64,000 nucleotides of DNA, taken from an uncultured Singulisphaera sp. Its GTDB lineage: Bacteria; Planctomycetota; Phycisphaerae; Phycisphaerales; SM1A02. The notes under the pieces are model-generated. The model was not told the DNA's origin. It saw nothing but the letters and a program-made list of their open reading frames with translations, and did not search any database. Shown here piece by piece: positions 45,021 to 53,422 of the stretch; within the stretch, counting starts at the first letter, position 1, and the number at the start of each line of letters is the position of its first letter. Position numbers and translations under genes: made by a program. The stretch covers positions 1,725 to 65,724 of the forward strand of contig CAYHHO010000001.1 of NCBI GenBank assembly GCA_964356445.1. Reading direction: 5' to 3'.

Positions 45021-47282
45021 TCAACCCCAGTTCGAGAAGAGCGTTGTCAGGTCGGCGCCGTCGACGATGCCGTCCCCGTTGATGTCTGCTGGACCTGATC
45101 CTCCCCATCCACTCAGAAGTGCCGAGAGATCGTTGCCATCAACATGCCCGTCGCCGTTGATATCGCCCGCGATTGCTGCAGCAATAAATGATGCGCGGTA
45201 GTGAAGTCCAAAGAACCCTGGCACGAATGGAGGATCGGCGGGGTCGGGCGGCGGCGCGTCGGGATCCACCACATCACAGGGAACCGCGCTTCGAAATGGT
45301 CGGTCGAGATTTCCGGCAGAGATCACAAGCCAACTCTCGGCAGATTGTGGAACCGTGATCGTGCTGACCGTGCAAGGTTCGACCTCGAATGCTGCTTTCA
45401 GTTCCAGCGGTCCACTGCATTGTCCGCCAACGATGACACCGACGAGCGGAAACTCCGTCTCGATCCTCACTTCTGCGTGTGCGCACCCGATCGCCCCGAG
45501 GCGATACCAATCTGTGTCGCGCGGGGTGTCACTGGTGATCGTTGACTCGTAGATCCTTCCGCAGAGCGTGTCGACAGCGCTGCTGCCCACCTTGTTGCAC
45601 TCATCGTCAAACCGTTGATAGCAGATCTCGGGCAGCACGATCGCATTCGGATCGTGCCCGATCTCGCACGCGCTCGCGCCGCAGTACATCGCGGACTCGC
45701 GTGCGCAGACTTCGTCCCAGATCGAAGAGCAACAGAAGGGGTCGAACTCGCACAAGAACCCGCAGCATGCCTCGTTGTCGCATCCTGGACCATCGTGAAA
45801 CAAGTCGCATGCACCGGCGCTCGGGCAATTGAAGTCATCGCACAATTCAGCCTCGAGATCGACGCACACCTGATCCCACGCGACCTCGCAGCAGAGTGGA
45901 TTGAGTTTGCACACGGCCTCGCAGCAGAGTGTCCGAACGCAACCGGGAGTCTCATGTGGCTCCTCGCAGAGCCCAGCACCCGCGCCGCACACGGCCGGGA
46001 CTGCTCCGGCGACGCCGCCCTGATCGTGCTCCCACTGTGAAAGCCACTGCGACGCAGCAGTAGCACTCCTGAAATTTGGAAGGGTGCCCGAAGGAGTGTC
46101 AGGCGGGTCGTCCGCGAGTCCTCCTGAGACATTTCGATAGATCATCACGGAGTGCGCACCGATGTCGACAGCAACGACATCGCGGTCGCCGTCGCCGTCA
46201 ATATCGACAATCGACATGTCGCGCAGAAAACTGCCGCCCATCTTTGTGGTGATCGAAACGAATTCGCCGCCCGCACCTGCATCGACCTCTGCGATCGTCA
46301 GTCGACCGGGCAGTGCCGACCCCATCAGCACATCATCATCGCCATCGCCGTCAAGGTCATCGGCGTTGACGGTCCATGAATATCCCTCGGCCCCACCTTG
46401 GCGAGTCACGCGCTGGGAAAACCCCCCGCTTCCGTCGTTGATCCAGAGCAACGTGACATTCGGCGAGTTCAAGAGCAGCCCGTTGGAAACAATGTCGTTG
46501 TCACCGTCGCCGTCGATATCTGAAGCGACGATGTTGGCAATCGAAACGGTCTCTTCGGCGACAAGCGGCGCGCGCCAAGACCGCCCCTGCGCAAAGTTTC
46601 CAGACCCATCATTTCGCATGATCGACACGGACGATCCACCGATCGATGCAGAGGCGAGATCGAGATCGCCATCGCCGTCGAAGTCTTCGCAGATGATCGA
46701 GAAGGGAAATGGGATCCCAGCCGACCACTTCTGGGTGGAGACGAGTTGCGAAAACTGAAAGTGAATCGCGCCATCGCCCTTCCACACTTCAACATTCGCA
46801 GATCCATAATTGACGAGTGCGGCGTCGATGTCGCCGTCGCCGTCAAGATCGCGAGCAATCATCCCCGCCGGGTTCCGCTGCGCGAGGATCATTTCTGTCG
46901 GAGCAAAGCTGCCACCGCCCAGTCCCCTCAGAACTGCGACTCGACCATATCCCGTGCGAACGGAGGCGAGCAGATCAGGAATTGCATCCCCATTGAGGTC
47001 TCGAATCTCGACCCAGTCTGTCGGCGCTCCCACCTCAATCAGTTCGATGGGCCCGAAGGCTCCTCCTCCGATCCCACGCATCATTGCCAGTTTTCCTGAC
47101 ACATCACGCAAGCTGAGGACGACGTCGACGACTCCGTTGCCGTCCACATCGCCGACGGCCGCGTGCGTCGGATAGAGCAGCGGTGAAAGTGGGATCGTTG
47201 TCGGACCGACGAGGGTGACCGCCGCACCCGATGTTGCGGTGATCGCAGCGCAGATCAGCGCACTCGTAGTCCGTGGCGTCAT
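45021..47282 (-). CDS. secreted FG-GAP/VCBS-repeat protein with twin Cys-rich motif and C-terminal dockerin-like module
   Basis: ATG 47282 gives signal peptide 'MTPRTTSALICAAITATSGAAV'. Multiple FG-GAP/VCBS units ('GDVDGNGVVDVV', 'RDLNGDAIPDLL', 'RDLDGDGDIDAALVN', 'EDFDGDGDLDLA', 'SDIDGDGDNDIV', 'DDLDGDGDDDVL', 'VDIDGDGDRDVV'). Cys-rich segment at nt ~45660-45990. C-terminus 'GDINGDGHVDGNDLSALLSGWGGSGPADINGDGIVDGADLTTLFSNWG*'. Confidence 0.8.
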   Translation of the reverse strand: MTPRTTSALICAAITATSGAAVTLVGPTTIPLSPLLYPTHAAVGDVDGNGVVDVVLSLRDVSGKLAMMRGIGGGAFGPIELIEVGAPTDWVEIRDLNGDAIPDLLASVRTGYGRVAVLRGLGGGSFAPTEMILAQRNPAGMIARDLDGDGDIDAALVNYGSANVEVWKGDGAIHFQFSQLVSTQKWSAGIPFPFSIICEDFDGDGDLDLASASIGGSSVSIMRNDGSGNFAQGRSWRAPLVAEETVSIANIVASDIDGDGDNDIVSNGLLLNSPNVTLLWINDGSGGFSQRVTRQGGAEGYSWTVNADDLDGDGDDDVLMGSALPGRLTIAEVDAGAGGEFVSITTKMGGSFLRDMSIVDIDGDGDRDVVAVDIGAHSVMIYRNVSGGLADDPPDTPSGTLPNFRSATAASQWLSQWEHDQGGVAGAVPAVCGAGAGLCEEPHETPGCVRTLCCEAVCKLNPLCCEVAWDQVCVDLEAELCDDFNCPSAGACDLFHDGPGCDNEACCGFLCEFDPFCCSSIWDEVCARESAMYCGASACEIGHDPNAIVLPEICYQRFDDECNKVGSSAVDTLCGRIYESTITSDTPRDTDWYRLGAIGCAHAEVRIETEFPLVGVIVGGQCSGPLELKAAFEVEPCTVSTITVPQSAESWLVISAGNLDRPFRSAVPCDVVDPDAPPPDPADPPFVPGFFGLHYRASFIAAAIAGDINGDGHVDGNDLSALLSGWGGSGPADINGDGIVDGADLTTLFSNWG

Positions 47283-47296
47283 CCCAGTAACAGGGT

Positions 47297-48334
47297 ATGC
47301 CTCAACGCCAGGATTTCCACTCGGACTGCCGATTACACTCACTGCGATTGCGAATTACTCGACTCCAATCGTTCTTTGGGGGTGCAGCAGCGATCACCTG
47401 CCTCATTGCGGCTGCGCAGTCGCCGCCGCCAACTGACTACAACAAGAAGTTCGAAGCGTGGCTTCGAACGCCTGACGCGGTCGATCGCGTCAAGGCGAAG
47501 ATCACGAAGCGCGAATTCGAGTGGCTCGATGCGACCCCAGGGATCACCCTGCGCGACGGAGTGAAGTATCGCGACCCAGCGATCTCGCCATGGCGTTTTA
47601 CGATCGTCGCACTCGTTGACGAAGCTCGCGCGAAGGCGATCGAGAGGCACTTCGGCGTTTCGATGGATGCCATTCAATTCGCATACACCACTCCGGAGGA
47701 GAAAGCTCGTTGCCAGCGCCTCGAGCAGAAAAAACTCTCCTGTCACGGGATGGTCATGACGCCGACGGCTGATGATTCGATTGGGATGCTCCAAGCGGAC
47801 TTTCAGTGGCTCGTCGACAGTTGCAAAGAACAGGTGGAGTTGATTGCAGAGAGCATCATTCGCGAGACGGATCGCGTGATGAAAGAGAGTCAGGCACCTC
47901 GCGTCGTGACAGCTCGCGACAAGGTCGCGGCGATCTTTCGGTTCATCCAGGGAATTCCCTACCAGACCATCGATGACTTGCCAGATGGAAAGGACCGCTG
48001 CGGCATGAGGACCCCGCTCATCACCCTCCTCAGCGGCGGCGACTGCGACTCCAAGTCCGCGCTCATGGCGGCGCTGATTCGGTCGATGAAGATCGCTGAT
48101 GTCGTGATCGTCACACTGAAGGCGAAGGACGGAAGCGGACACGCACTGTTGGGAGCGCGCATCGATGTGCGCCAAGGCGATCGCACGATCAAGCACAATG
48201 GGAAGACCTACGTCCTCATCGAAGCTGCAACGAGCGATACGGAGCGCACCGGAAACCTTGCGGAACTTGGCGAAGTCGGCCCCGACTGGGCGAACTTCGA
48301 ATCACGCCCGCATGAAGTGACTGAAGTGCGCTGA
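47297..48334 (+). CDS. hypothetical exported protein, possible transglutaminase-like/papain-fold domain
   Basis: 'LLSGGDCDSKSALMAALIRSMKI', then 'GSGHALLGARI', then 'YVLIEAAT' gives a Cys-His-acid order as in transglutaminase-like cores; this is weak. In-frame TTG 47348 would give a cleaner signal peptide (LRITRLQSFFGGAAAITCLIAAAQS). Confidence 0.4.
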   Translation: MPQRQDFHSDCRLHSLRLRITRLQSFFGGAAAITCLIAAAQSPPPTDYNKKFEAWLRTPDAVDRVKAKITKREFEWLDATPGITLRDGVKYRDPAISPWRFTIVALVDEARAKAIERHFGVSMDAIQFAYTTPEEKARCQRLEQKKLSCHGMVMTPTADDSIGMLQADFQWLVDSCKEQVELIAESIIRETDRVMKESQAPRVVTARDKVAAIFRFIQGIPYQTIDDLPDGKDRCGMRTPLITLLSGGDCDSKSALMAALIRSMKIADVVIVTLKAKDGSGHALLGARIDVRQGDRTIKHNGKTYVLIEAATSDTERTGNLAELGEVGPDWANFESRPHEVTEVR

Positions 48335-48369
48335 CAAGACAGTGAAGGAAGGCGTTGCCGACGATTGCT

Positions 48370-48864
48370 TCAGACACCACGACCGCTCTCGGCGCCCGGC
48401 TTCGCGTTACGCACACGCTCCAATTCAGCGACATCAATGAGATCCTTGGGTCGCCCCGCTGCGCGCTTGTTCACGATGAGGTCGTCGAGACCAATCACTC
48501 GGACTGAGCATCCGCCGCACTTCGCGAGCACCCCATTGGGCACGCATTGGGAAAAGACGAGGCCAGTCGGTCCAGTCAGCAACTCGATCCGTGTGGGGGG
48601 ATACCCCATCCGGATGATCGCGTTGGGCGCAATGAGTGCACGGCGGCATGCATCGTCCAAAGAAAACCCGAAGGCTTCAAGGGCTGCAGCTACGCGCGCC
48701 GAGTTCTCGGCGGTTGGATTGATCCAGACGTCGAGATCCCCCGTGTTCCGTGGGAATCCATGAAATCCCACCGCATATCCGCCAACGATGATGAACTCAG
48801 CGTTCGCGCATGCAAGCGACTTCAAGAACTCGAGCAAGTCGCCCGTGAACTGCAGTTCTTCCAT
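48370..48864 (-). CDS. nucleotidyltransferase-fold protein (minimal NTase)
   Basis: 'AEFIIVGGYAVGFHGFPRNTGDLDVWI' is the G[SG]-x9-13-DxD minimal nucleotidyltransferase motif. It ends with 'GRPKDLIDVAELE', which is common in this family. Confidence 0.6.
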   Translation of the reverse strand: MEELQFTGDLLEFLKSLACANAEFIIVGGYAVGFHGFPRNTGDLDVWINPTAENSARVAAALEAFGFSLDDACRRALIAPNAIIRMGYPPTRIELLTGPTGLVFSQCVPNGVLAKCGGCSVRVIGLDDLIVNKRAAGRPKDLIDVAELERVRNAKPGAESGRGV

Positions 48865-48955
48865 AAAACGCCTCCCTGCATTGTTCGACCGCTGCGATTC
48901 GCTCCGCCGGAGACTTCGAGATCCAGTAATCGAGATCCGGGTCGGGATCCGACAT
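48797..48955 (-). CDS. short ORF, possibly the displaced N-terminal part of the NTase gene (frameshift?)
   Basis: 'MSDPDPDLDYWISKSPAERIAAVEQCREAFYG...GRLARVLEV' overlaps the NTase ORF by 68 nt in another frame. I recall single-chain homologues with '...RLQRVLEV' directly preceding the NTase core; this is memory only and unverified. Confidence 0.3.
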   Translation of the reverse strand: MSDPDPDLDYWISKSPAERIAAVEQCREAFYGRTAVHGRLARVLEVACMRER

Positions 48956-49241
48956 GCTCCTGATCGTCAGCCGTGTACGGTCGACGGTCTCGAAAGCGGC
49001 GAAGCTGGTGGCTCGGTGCTCGCTACCACGCGCAGACTCGGAACGAGAGATCTCCACGGCGCCATGGTACGCCGTGGCACCCCGCCTCGTGCACCAGTTT
49101 CGCATAGCCGACCGCTGAATCGGCATCACCAAAGCCCGCTATAAAACCAAGTCTCACAAACCGTGTGCCCCGTCGAAAGAAAGTCCCGCGCGAGTTGCGG
49201 AGCCGGCAAGCGTCCGCGCTGACTCGTGCGTCTAGCACACT

Positions 49242-49292
49242 CTTGAAATGGTGGGTTCGTGTCGAAAAACGACACGACCCCACCATTTCAAG
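49242..49292. repeat. long inverted repeat / hairpin (23-bp stem, AAAAA loop)
   Basis: CTTGAAATGGTGGGTTCGTGTCG (49242-49264), AAAAA, CGACACGACCCCACCATTTCAAG (49270-49292). One mismatch in 23 bp and no flanking T/U tract on either strand. Confidence 0.9.
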
Positions 49293-49337
49293 GGGCAACC
49301 CAGCGCCGGGAGGTCCTTTCGCGGGCCTCTCGCTTCG

Positions 49338-49372
49338 GTGTTCCGTTTTCCGTGTTCCGTGTTCCGTGTTCC
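49338..49372. repeat. 5 x heptanucleotide tandem repeat (GTGTTCC)
   Basis: GTGTTCC GTTTTCC GTGTTCC GTGTTCC GTGTTCC, located 28 nt 3' of the porin stop codon (minus-strand gene). Confidence 0.9.
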
Positions 49373-49399
49373 GACTTCGAGATGCTGTGCGACAGCGGC

Positions 49400-50944
49400 T
49401 CAGAAATACACTTGCAACTGCAACCGCGCTACAACCTGTCCTGTGGCATCATTCGTCTCATCCGCTCGGTAATCGGCGCCGACGATGTTGGACCCGTAGA
49501 TACCGTTCTGGAAGAGCAGCGCACCGTCGACGTACCCGACGTCACCAGTGAACTTGATGGTGTTCTTCGAGAAGTAGTAATTCGCGCCGATCGTGTAGAT
49601 CGAAAAGTGCTGCGCATTGATGGCTGATGCGTGGCCTGCAAGTGGGGGAGTGCCGCTTGGAGTCGCGACATTCGTCGTCCCTCCACTCACATTCATCCAC
49701 TCCCATCGCGCCATGAGTTCAATGTCATCAGTAACGAAGTATCCGCCCTGAACCAACGCGCCGTAGGAATCAACAGGCGCGAGACCGTCGGGACGCGAGT
49801 AGTACGAATTGCCTAAGAAGGCAGCTGTGAAACTCGCTCCGTTCGACCGAACCGAGAGATCCGCTGTGTACGAAATGTTCATGCCAGGGCTGTTGCCCAC
49901 CATTGCGGGGTTGAGGAGATTCAGTGCGCCACCGCGCTGCCACTGGTAGCCGGCGCCAACCATCACGCCATCCCCGCTTCCGCGAAATGACATCATTTCG
50001 CTGAATTGCTTCCACTCGCCTGCAAGCTTGAAGTCGACTCGCCCAGCGGTTGCCCACTCCACTGCGTTCCCGTGGTCGACGTCGGCTCCTCCACCGGACG
50101 TATTCGCCCCGACCGCAGCAATGTTTCGATTTCCACCGCCGTCGTTGTAGTTGATCAGCGCGCGCCAATTGGTCGAGTCGTATTGAAGTTCGACCCCCTG
50201 AATGAAGTCCGTCTTGAAGTAGGTATTCACGATCGACCGTTCCGCAAACTGCTGCGCCTTCGACCCGATTGATTCCTCGATGTTGTAACGCGACTTCCAC
50301 TGACCGGTGCGAATGGCGAAGCCATTGCCAAAGTCCTTCCGCACGAAGGCGTCCTCGAGAGCGGGAGTATTGGTCGTCGTAATGTTGGAAGTGTTGGTCT
50401 GGTCAACAAGTCCATTCTGGTTGAACGCAACCTTGACCATGTAGGTCCAACTCGGGTCGACGACATTTCCCGTAAACACCAGCTCAGCCCGGCGGATCTC
50501 GAATCCATACTCACTGGACTCCTCTTGCCTTGAAGCGACTCGGCTTTGAAACGACTGATAGGTGTACACCGCCCGCCCCTGAATAAGTCCGTTAATCAGC
50601 AACTTGAAATTACCGTCTGCTGACGCAACAAAAAACCCATTCTTGTATCCGCTCGTCGCGCCATCATCTGCAAGGCTCGCGCGAGTTTCTGAGTCAGCAA
50701 GCACATCCTTGACAATGCTTCGAATCTCCTCGGCACGCTGCTGCGAAAGCCACTTGTCACCATGCTCATTGCGCAGCGAGGTCATCTCGGCATCGTGGCG
50801 CGTCTCCATCGCTGCCATCTTGCTCTTGAGTTTTTCAATCTCAACCATCGCAGCGTCCTGCGGCGGTGTGTCGTCCGCGACTGCTGGCAAGCTGACAAAC
50901 ATGGCGCAGTTCAGTACTCCGACAGACAGCAATTGATTGCTCAT
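49400..50944 (-). CDS. porin (phosphate-selective porin O/P-like) with N-terminal coiled coil
   Basis: ATG 50944 preceded by GAAGGAGAG. Signal 'MSNQLLSVGVLNCAMFVSLPAVA'. Coiled coil 'MVEIEKLKSKMAAMETRHDAEMTSLRNE'. 'GYKNGFFVASADGNFKLLINGLIQGRAVY' resembles the porin O/P entry strand. Beta-strand periodicity, ending '...RLQLQVYF*'. Confidence 0.7.
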   Translation of the reverse strand: MSNQLLSVGVLNCAMFVSLPAVADDTPPQDAAMVEIEKLKSKMAAMETRHDAEMTSLRNEHGDKWLSQQRAEEIRSIVKDVLADSETRASLADDGATSGYKNGFFVASADGNFKLLINGLIQGRAVYTYQSFQSRVASRQEESSEYGFEIRRAELVFTGNVVDPSWTYMVKVAFNQNGLVDQTNTSNITTTNTPALEDAFVRKDFGNGFAIRTGQWKSRYNIEESIGSKAQQFAERSIVNTYFKTDFIQGVELQYDSTNWRALINYNDGGGNRNIAAVGANTSGGGADVDHGNAVEWATAGRVDFKLAGEWKQFSEMMSFRGSGDGVMVGAGYQWQRGGALNLLNPAMVGNSPGMNISYTADLSVRSNGASFTAAFLGNSYYSRPDGLAPVDSYGALVQGGYFVTDDIELMARWEWMNVSGGTTNVATPSGTPPLAGHASAINAQHFSIYTIGANYYFSKNTIKFTGDVGYVDGALLFQNGIYGSNIVGADYRADETNDATGQVVARLQLQVYF

Positions 50945-51134
50945 GGTTTCTCTCCTTCGACGGGGACGCTCATCTTTCCACTCACACACAAATGTCAAAC
51001 GGTGCGACTGCGATAGGAATACACGAGGAGGGCGAACGCGTGTGCCACGAGCGGTCGTCGAGGCAAAGATCTCATGACTTTCTCGAAGTGCGAGACAAAG
51101 ATCCCGCAATTCCAAAGTGCTTCGCGGCGAGAAC

Positions 51135-52286
51135 TTACGGAGTCCTTGCGATTCGAAATCCGTAATCCGTGATTCTCGGATCGCCCGTGAAATGGTTCAG
51201 CCGAAATGAAGCCCTGCAATTTCGGCCATCGTGATCCCATGATCCTCCGCGCAACACTCGAAACGGATTCTGCGCAGAACCCGTCGGATCCGTGGCGCCA
51301 TTCTCGCACGAACGGTAATAGTCAGCCGAGTACCAGTCGTTCGTCCACTCCCAGACATTGCCGATCATGTCGTAGAAGCCCAGCGCATTCGGCGACTTCG
51401 ACCCGACTGGATGTGTACGGCTTTCTGAGTTGGTGGCGTTCCACGAAATCTCATTCAGGTCGCCGTAGCGCGGCTGCGTCGATCCTGCGCGGCACGCATA
51501 CTCCCACTCAGCTTCGGTTGGAAGGCGCATCGACGTCTTCGCGAGGAACGGCTGCATTTCTTCCCACGTGAGCGTCTCCACCGGCCATGTTGAAGTGACG
51601 ATCGGCTCCATGATCACCGCCCCGAGTTTTTCCGCAGCCTGCTGCCTCGTGTAGCCCGCTTCGAGCAGTTCTGCGATCTTGGCGGTTCGATCCTCCTCGG
51701 GAAGCACTTCAAAGTTGATGTCCTGAAAGTAACTCTCATTCGACCCAATCATGCGGGTCCACTGCTCCTGCGTGACTTCCGTTCGCCCGAGATAGAACGA
51801 CTTGGTCAAGATCACTTCGTGTGCGGGTCGTTCGTCGGAATTTGCAGCGGTATCGCCAACGCTCATTCCCATGACGAACTTCCCTGCAGGAACGAGCAGC
51901 ATTTCGATGCCGCTGGTCCTATCTCGCACCCGCCACGGCAGTCCGGACTCGACGATCATCGCACGAAGCGAGACGTCCGTGACGACCTTGGGATCTGGCG
52001 AAGCCTCGATGACCTCAGCCCAGCTCATTCGCGGCGCAGCGGCGTCTCGCGCGCCGACATGGAGCTGCGGAGCAGAAGCTGCCTGTGGCGCAGCGGCAGC
52101 GGCTTGCTTCGCGGGTGTTGGCTGTGCGGCTTGGGCGGCTACTGCGGGCGCCGAGGCGGGGGATACGGAAGGAGCCGATGGCGGCGCGGCGGGCTGCTGC
52201 GCGAACGCCTGCACGGCGACTCCAGATACTCCCGCAAGCGACGCGAGAACCAAGAGAAGAGTCGACGATGTTCTTTGTGAGTTCAT
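51135..52286 (-). CDS. exported FGE/SUMF1-fold (formylglycine-generating-enzyme family) protein, paralogue 1
   Basis: Signal 'MNSQRTSSTLLLVLASLAGVSGVAVQAFA' and an Ala/Pro-rich linker. 'ERPAHEVILTKSFYLGRTEVTQEQW', 'LPTEAEWEYACRAG', 'NALGFYDMIGNVWEWTNDWY', 'RVLRGGSW' and 'YGFRIAR'. Confidence 0.85.
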   Translation of the reverse strand: MNSQRTSSTLLLVLASLAGVSGVAVQAFAQQPAAPPSAPSVSPASAPAVAAQAAQPTPAKQAAAAAPQAASAPQLHVGARDAAAPRMSWAEVIEASPDPKVVTDVSLRAMIVESGLPWRVRDRTSGIEMLLVPAGKFVMGMSVGDTAANSDERPAHEVILTKSFYLGRTEVTQEQWTRMIGSNESYFQDINFEVLPEEDRTAKIAELLEAGYTRQQAAEKLGAVIMEPIVTSTWPVETLTWEEMQPFLAKTSMRLPTEAEWEYACRAGSTQPRYGDLNEISWNATNSESRTHPVGSKSPNALGFYDMIGNVWEWTNDWYSADYYRSCENGATDPTGSAQNPFRVLRGGSWDHDGRNCRASFRLNHFTGDPRITDYGFRIARTP

Positions 52287-52325
52287 TGTGTAGAGATCCT
52301 TTGTTGAAACTGAATCCATCCGCAC

Positions 52326-53348
52326 TCAGGGATTCCGCGCCACACGAAATCCAAAGTCCGTGATGCGTGGATCAGGCATGTAGTGGTTTTCTCGAAACGA
52401 TGCTCGACAATTCTTCTCGAGATGGTCCCACGAACCTCCGCGGGCGACTCCGAATTCGCTCACGGCCGGTCCCGCTGGATCGGTCGCCCCATTTTCGCAT
52501 GCGCCGTAATACTCCGAGGAGTACCAGTCGGACGCCCATTCCCAAACATTCCCAATCATGTCGTAGAAGCCGAGGGCATTCGGAACTTTTCCGCCGACCG
52601 GGTGTGTTCGCTTCTCTGAATTCTCGGAGTACCAGCCGATCGCATCAAGCTCGCCGTATCTCAGCGCACGATCTCCAGCGCGGCAGGCAAATTCCCACTC
52701 TGCTTCAGTCGGAAGTCGCAGCCCGGTGCGTCGAAGATATGGCTCAAGATCCGAAGGAGTCAGCGTTTCGACAGGCCACGATGCTGCATCGACTTCGACG
52801 AGATCCCCCGCGCCTGCTTTCGCATTCGCCTCATCGAGGGTGAGCCCCGATGCCATCAGGTCGGACACTTGCTGGTCGTGATCCTCGCTGAAAACGATCT
52901 TGAAATACGCCTCCTGAAAGTAACTCGGGTTGTAACCCATCACGCTGATCCATTCGCCTTGTGTGACCTCGGTGCGCCCAAGGTAATACGCATGCGAAAT
53001 CACAACTTCATGCGCCGGCCGCTCGTCGTCCATCGCATCGGGATCTCCAGGACTCATTCCCATGACGAATTCACCAGGAGGAACGAGCAACATCTCAATA
53101 CCGCTGACCTTGTCCCTCACGCGCCACGGCAGCCCCGTTTGAGTGATCTTCTCGCGCAACTGCGGATCTGTCACGACGCTTGCATCGGGGCTTGCGCTGA
53201 GGACGTCCGCCCAAGCGAGCGTGGACGCAGAGTTCGACGTGCCGCCGCCAACCCGTTCGGTCGCCACGCAACCAACGAGCGCCGCGTGCAGTGCAACTGC
53301 CAGAACGAGTTTTCTTCCAATGCCATGACTTCTCATTGTTCGGATCAT
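52326..53348 (-). CDS. FGE/SUMF1-fold lipoprotein, paralogue 2
   Basis: ATG 53348 preceded by AAGGAAGGA. Lipobox 'HAALVGC'. 'ERPAHEVVISHAYYLGRTEVTQGEW', 'LPTEAEWEFACRAG', 'NALGFYDMIGNVWEWASDWY', 'ARGGSW' and 'FGFRVAR'. Confidence 0.85.
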   Translation of the reverse strand: MIRTMRSHGIGRKLVLAVALHAALVGCVATERVGGGTSNSASTLAWADVLSASPDASVVTDPQLREKITQTGLPWRVRDKVSGIEMLLVPPGEFVMGMSPGDPDAMDDERPAHEVVISHAYYLGRTEVTQGEWISVMGYNPSYFQEAYFKIVFSEDHDQQVSDLMASGLTLDEANAKAGAGDLVEVDAASWPVETLTPSDLEPYLRRTGLRLPTEAEWEFACRAGDRALRYGELDAIGWYSENSEKRTHPVGGKVPNALGFYDMIGNVWEWASDWYSSEYYGACENGATDPAGPAVSEFGVARGGSWDHLEKNCRASFRENHYMPDPRITDFGFRVARNP

Positions 53349-53422
53349 TTTCAAACTTGTCCTTCCTTTTTCAACATGATTCTTCCCGCCGCCGAGCAAG
53401 GGTTGGGCAGGTGCTCGCGCGA

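Noticed and set aside
49338-49372. Possible CRISPR-like or other spaced-repeat array
   Set aside because: The units are contiguous 7-mers without spacers, so this is a simple microsatellite. I noticed no other repeat-spacer periodicity anywhere in the window.
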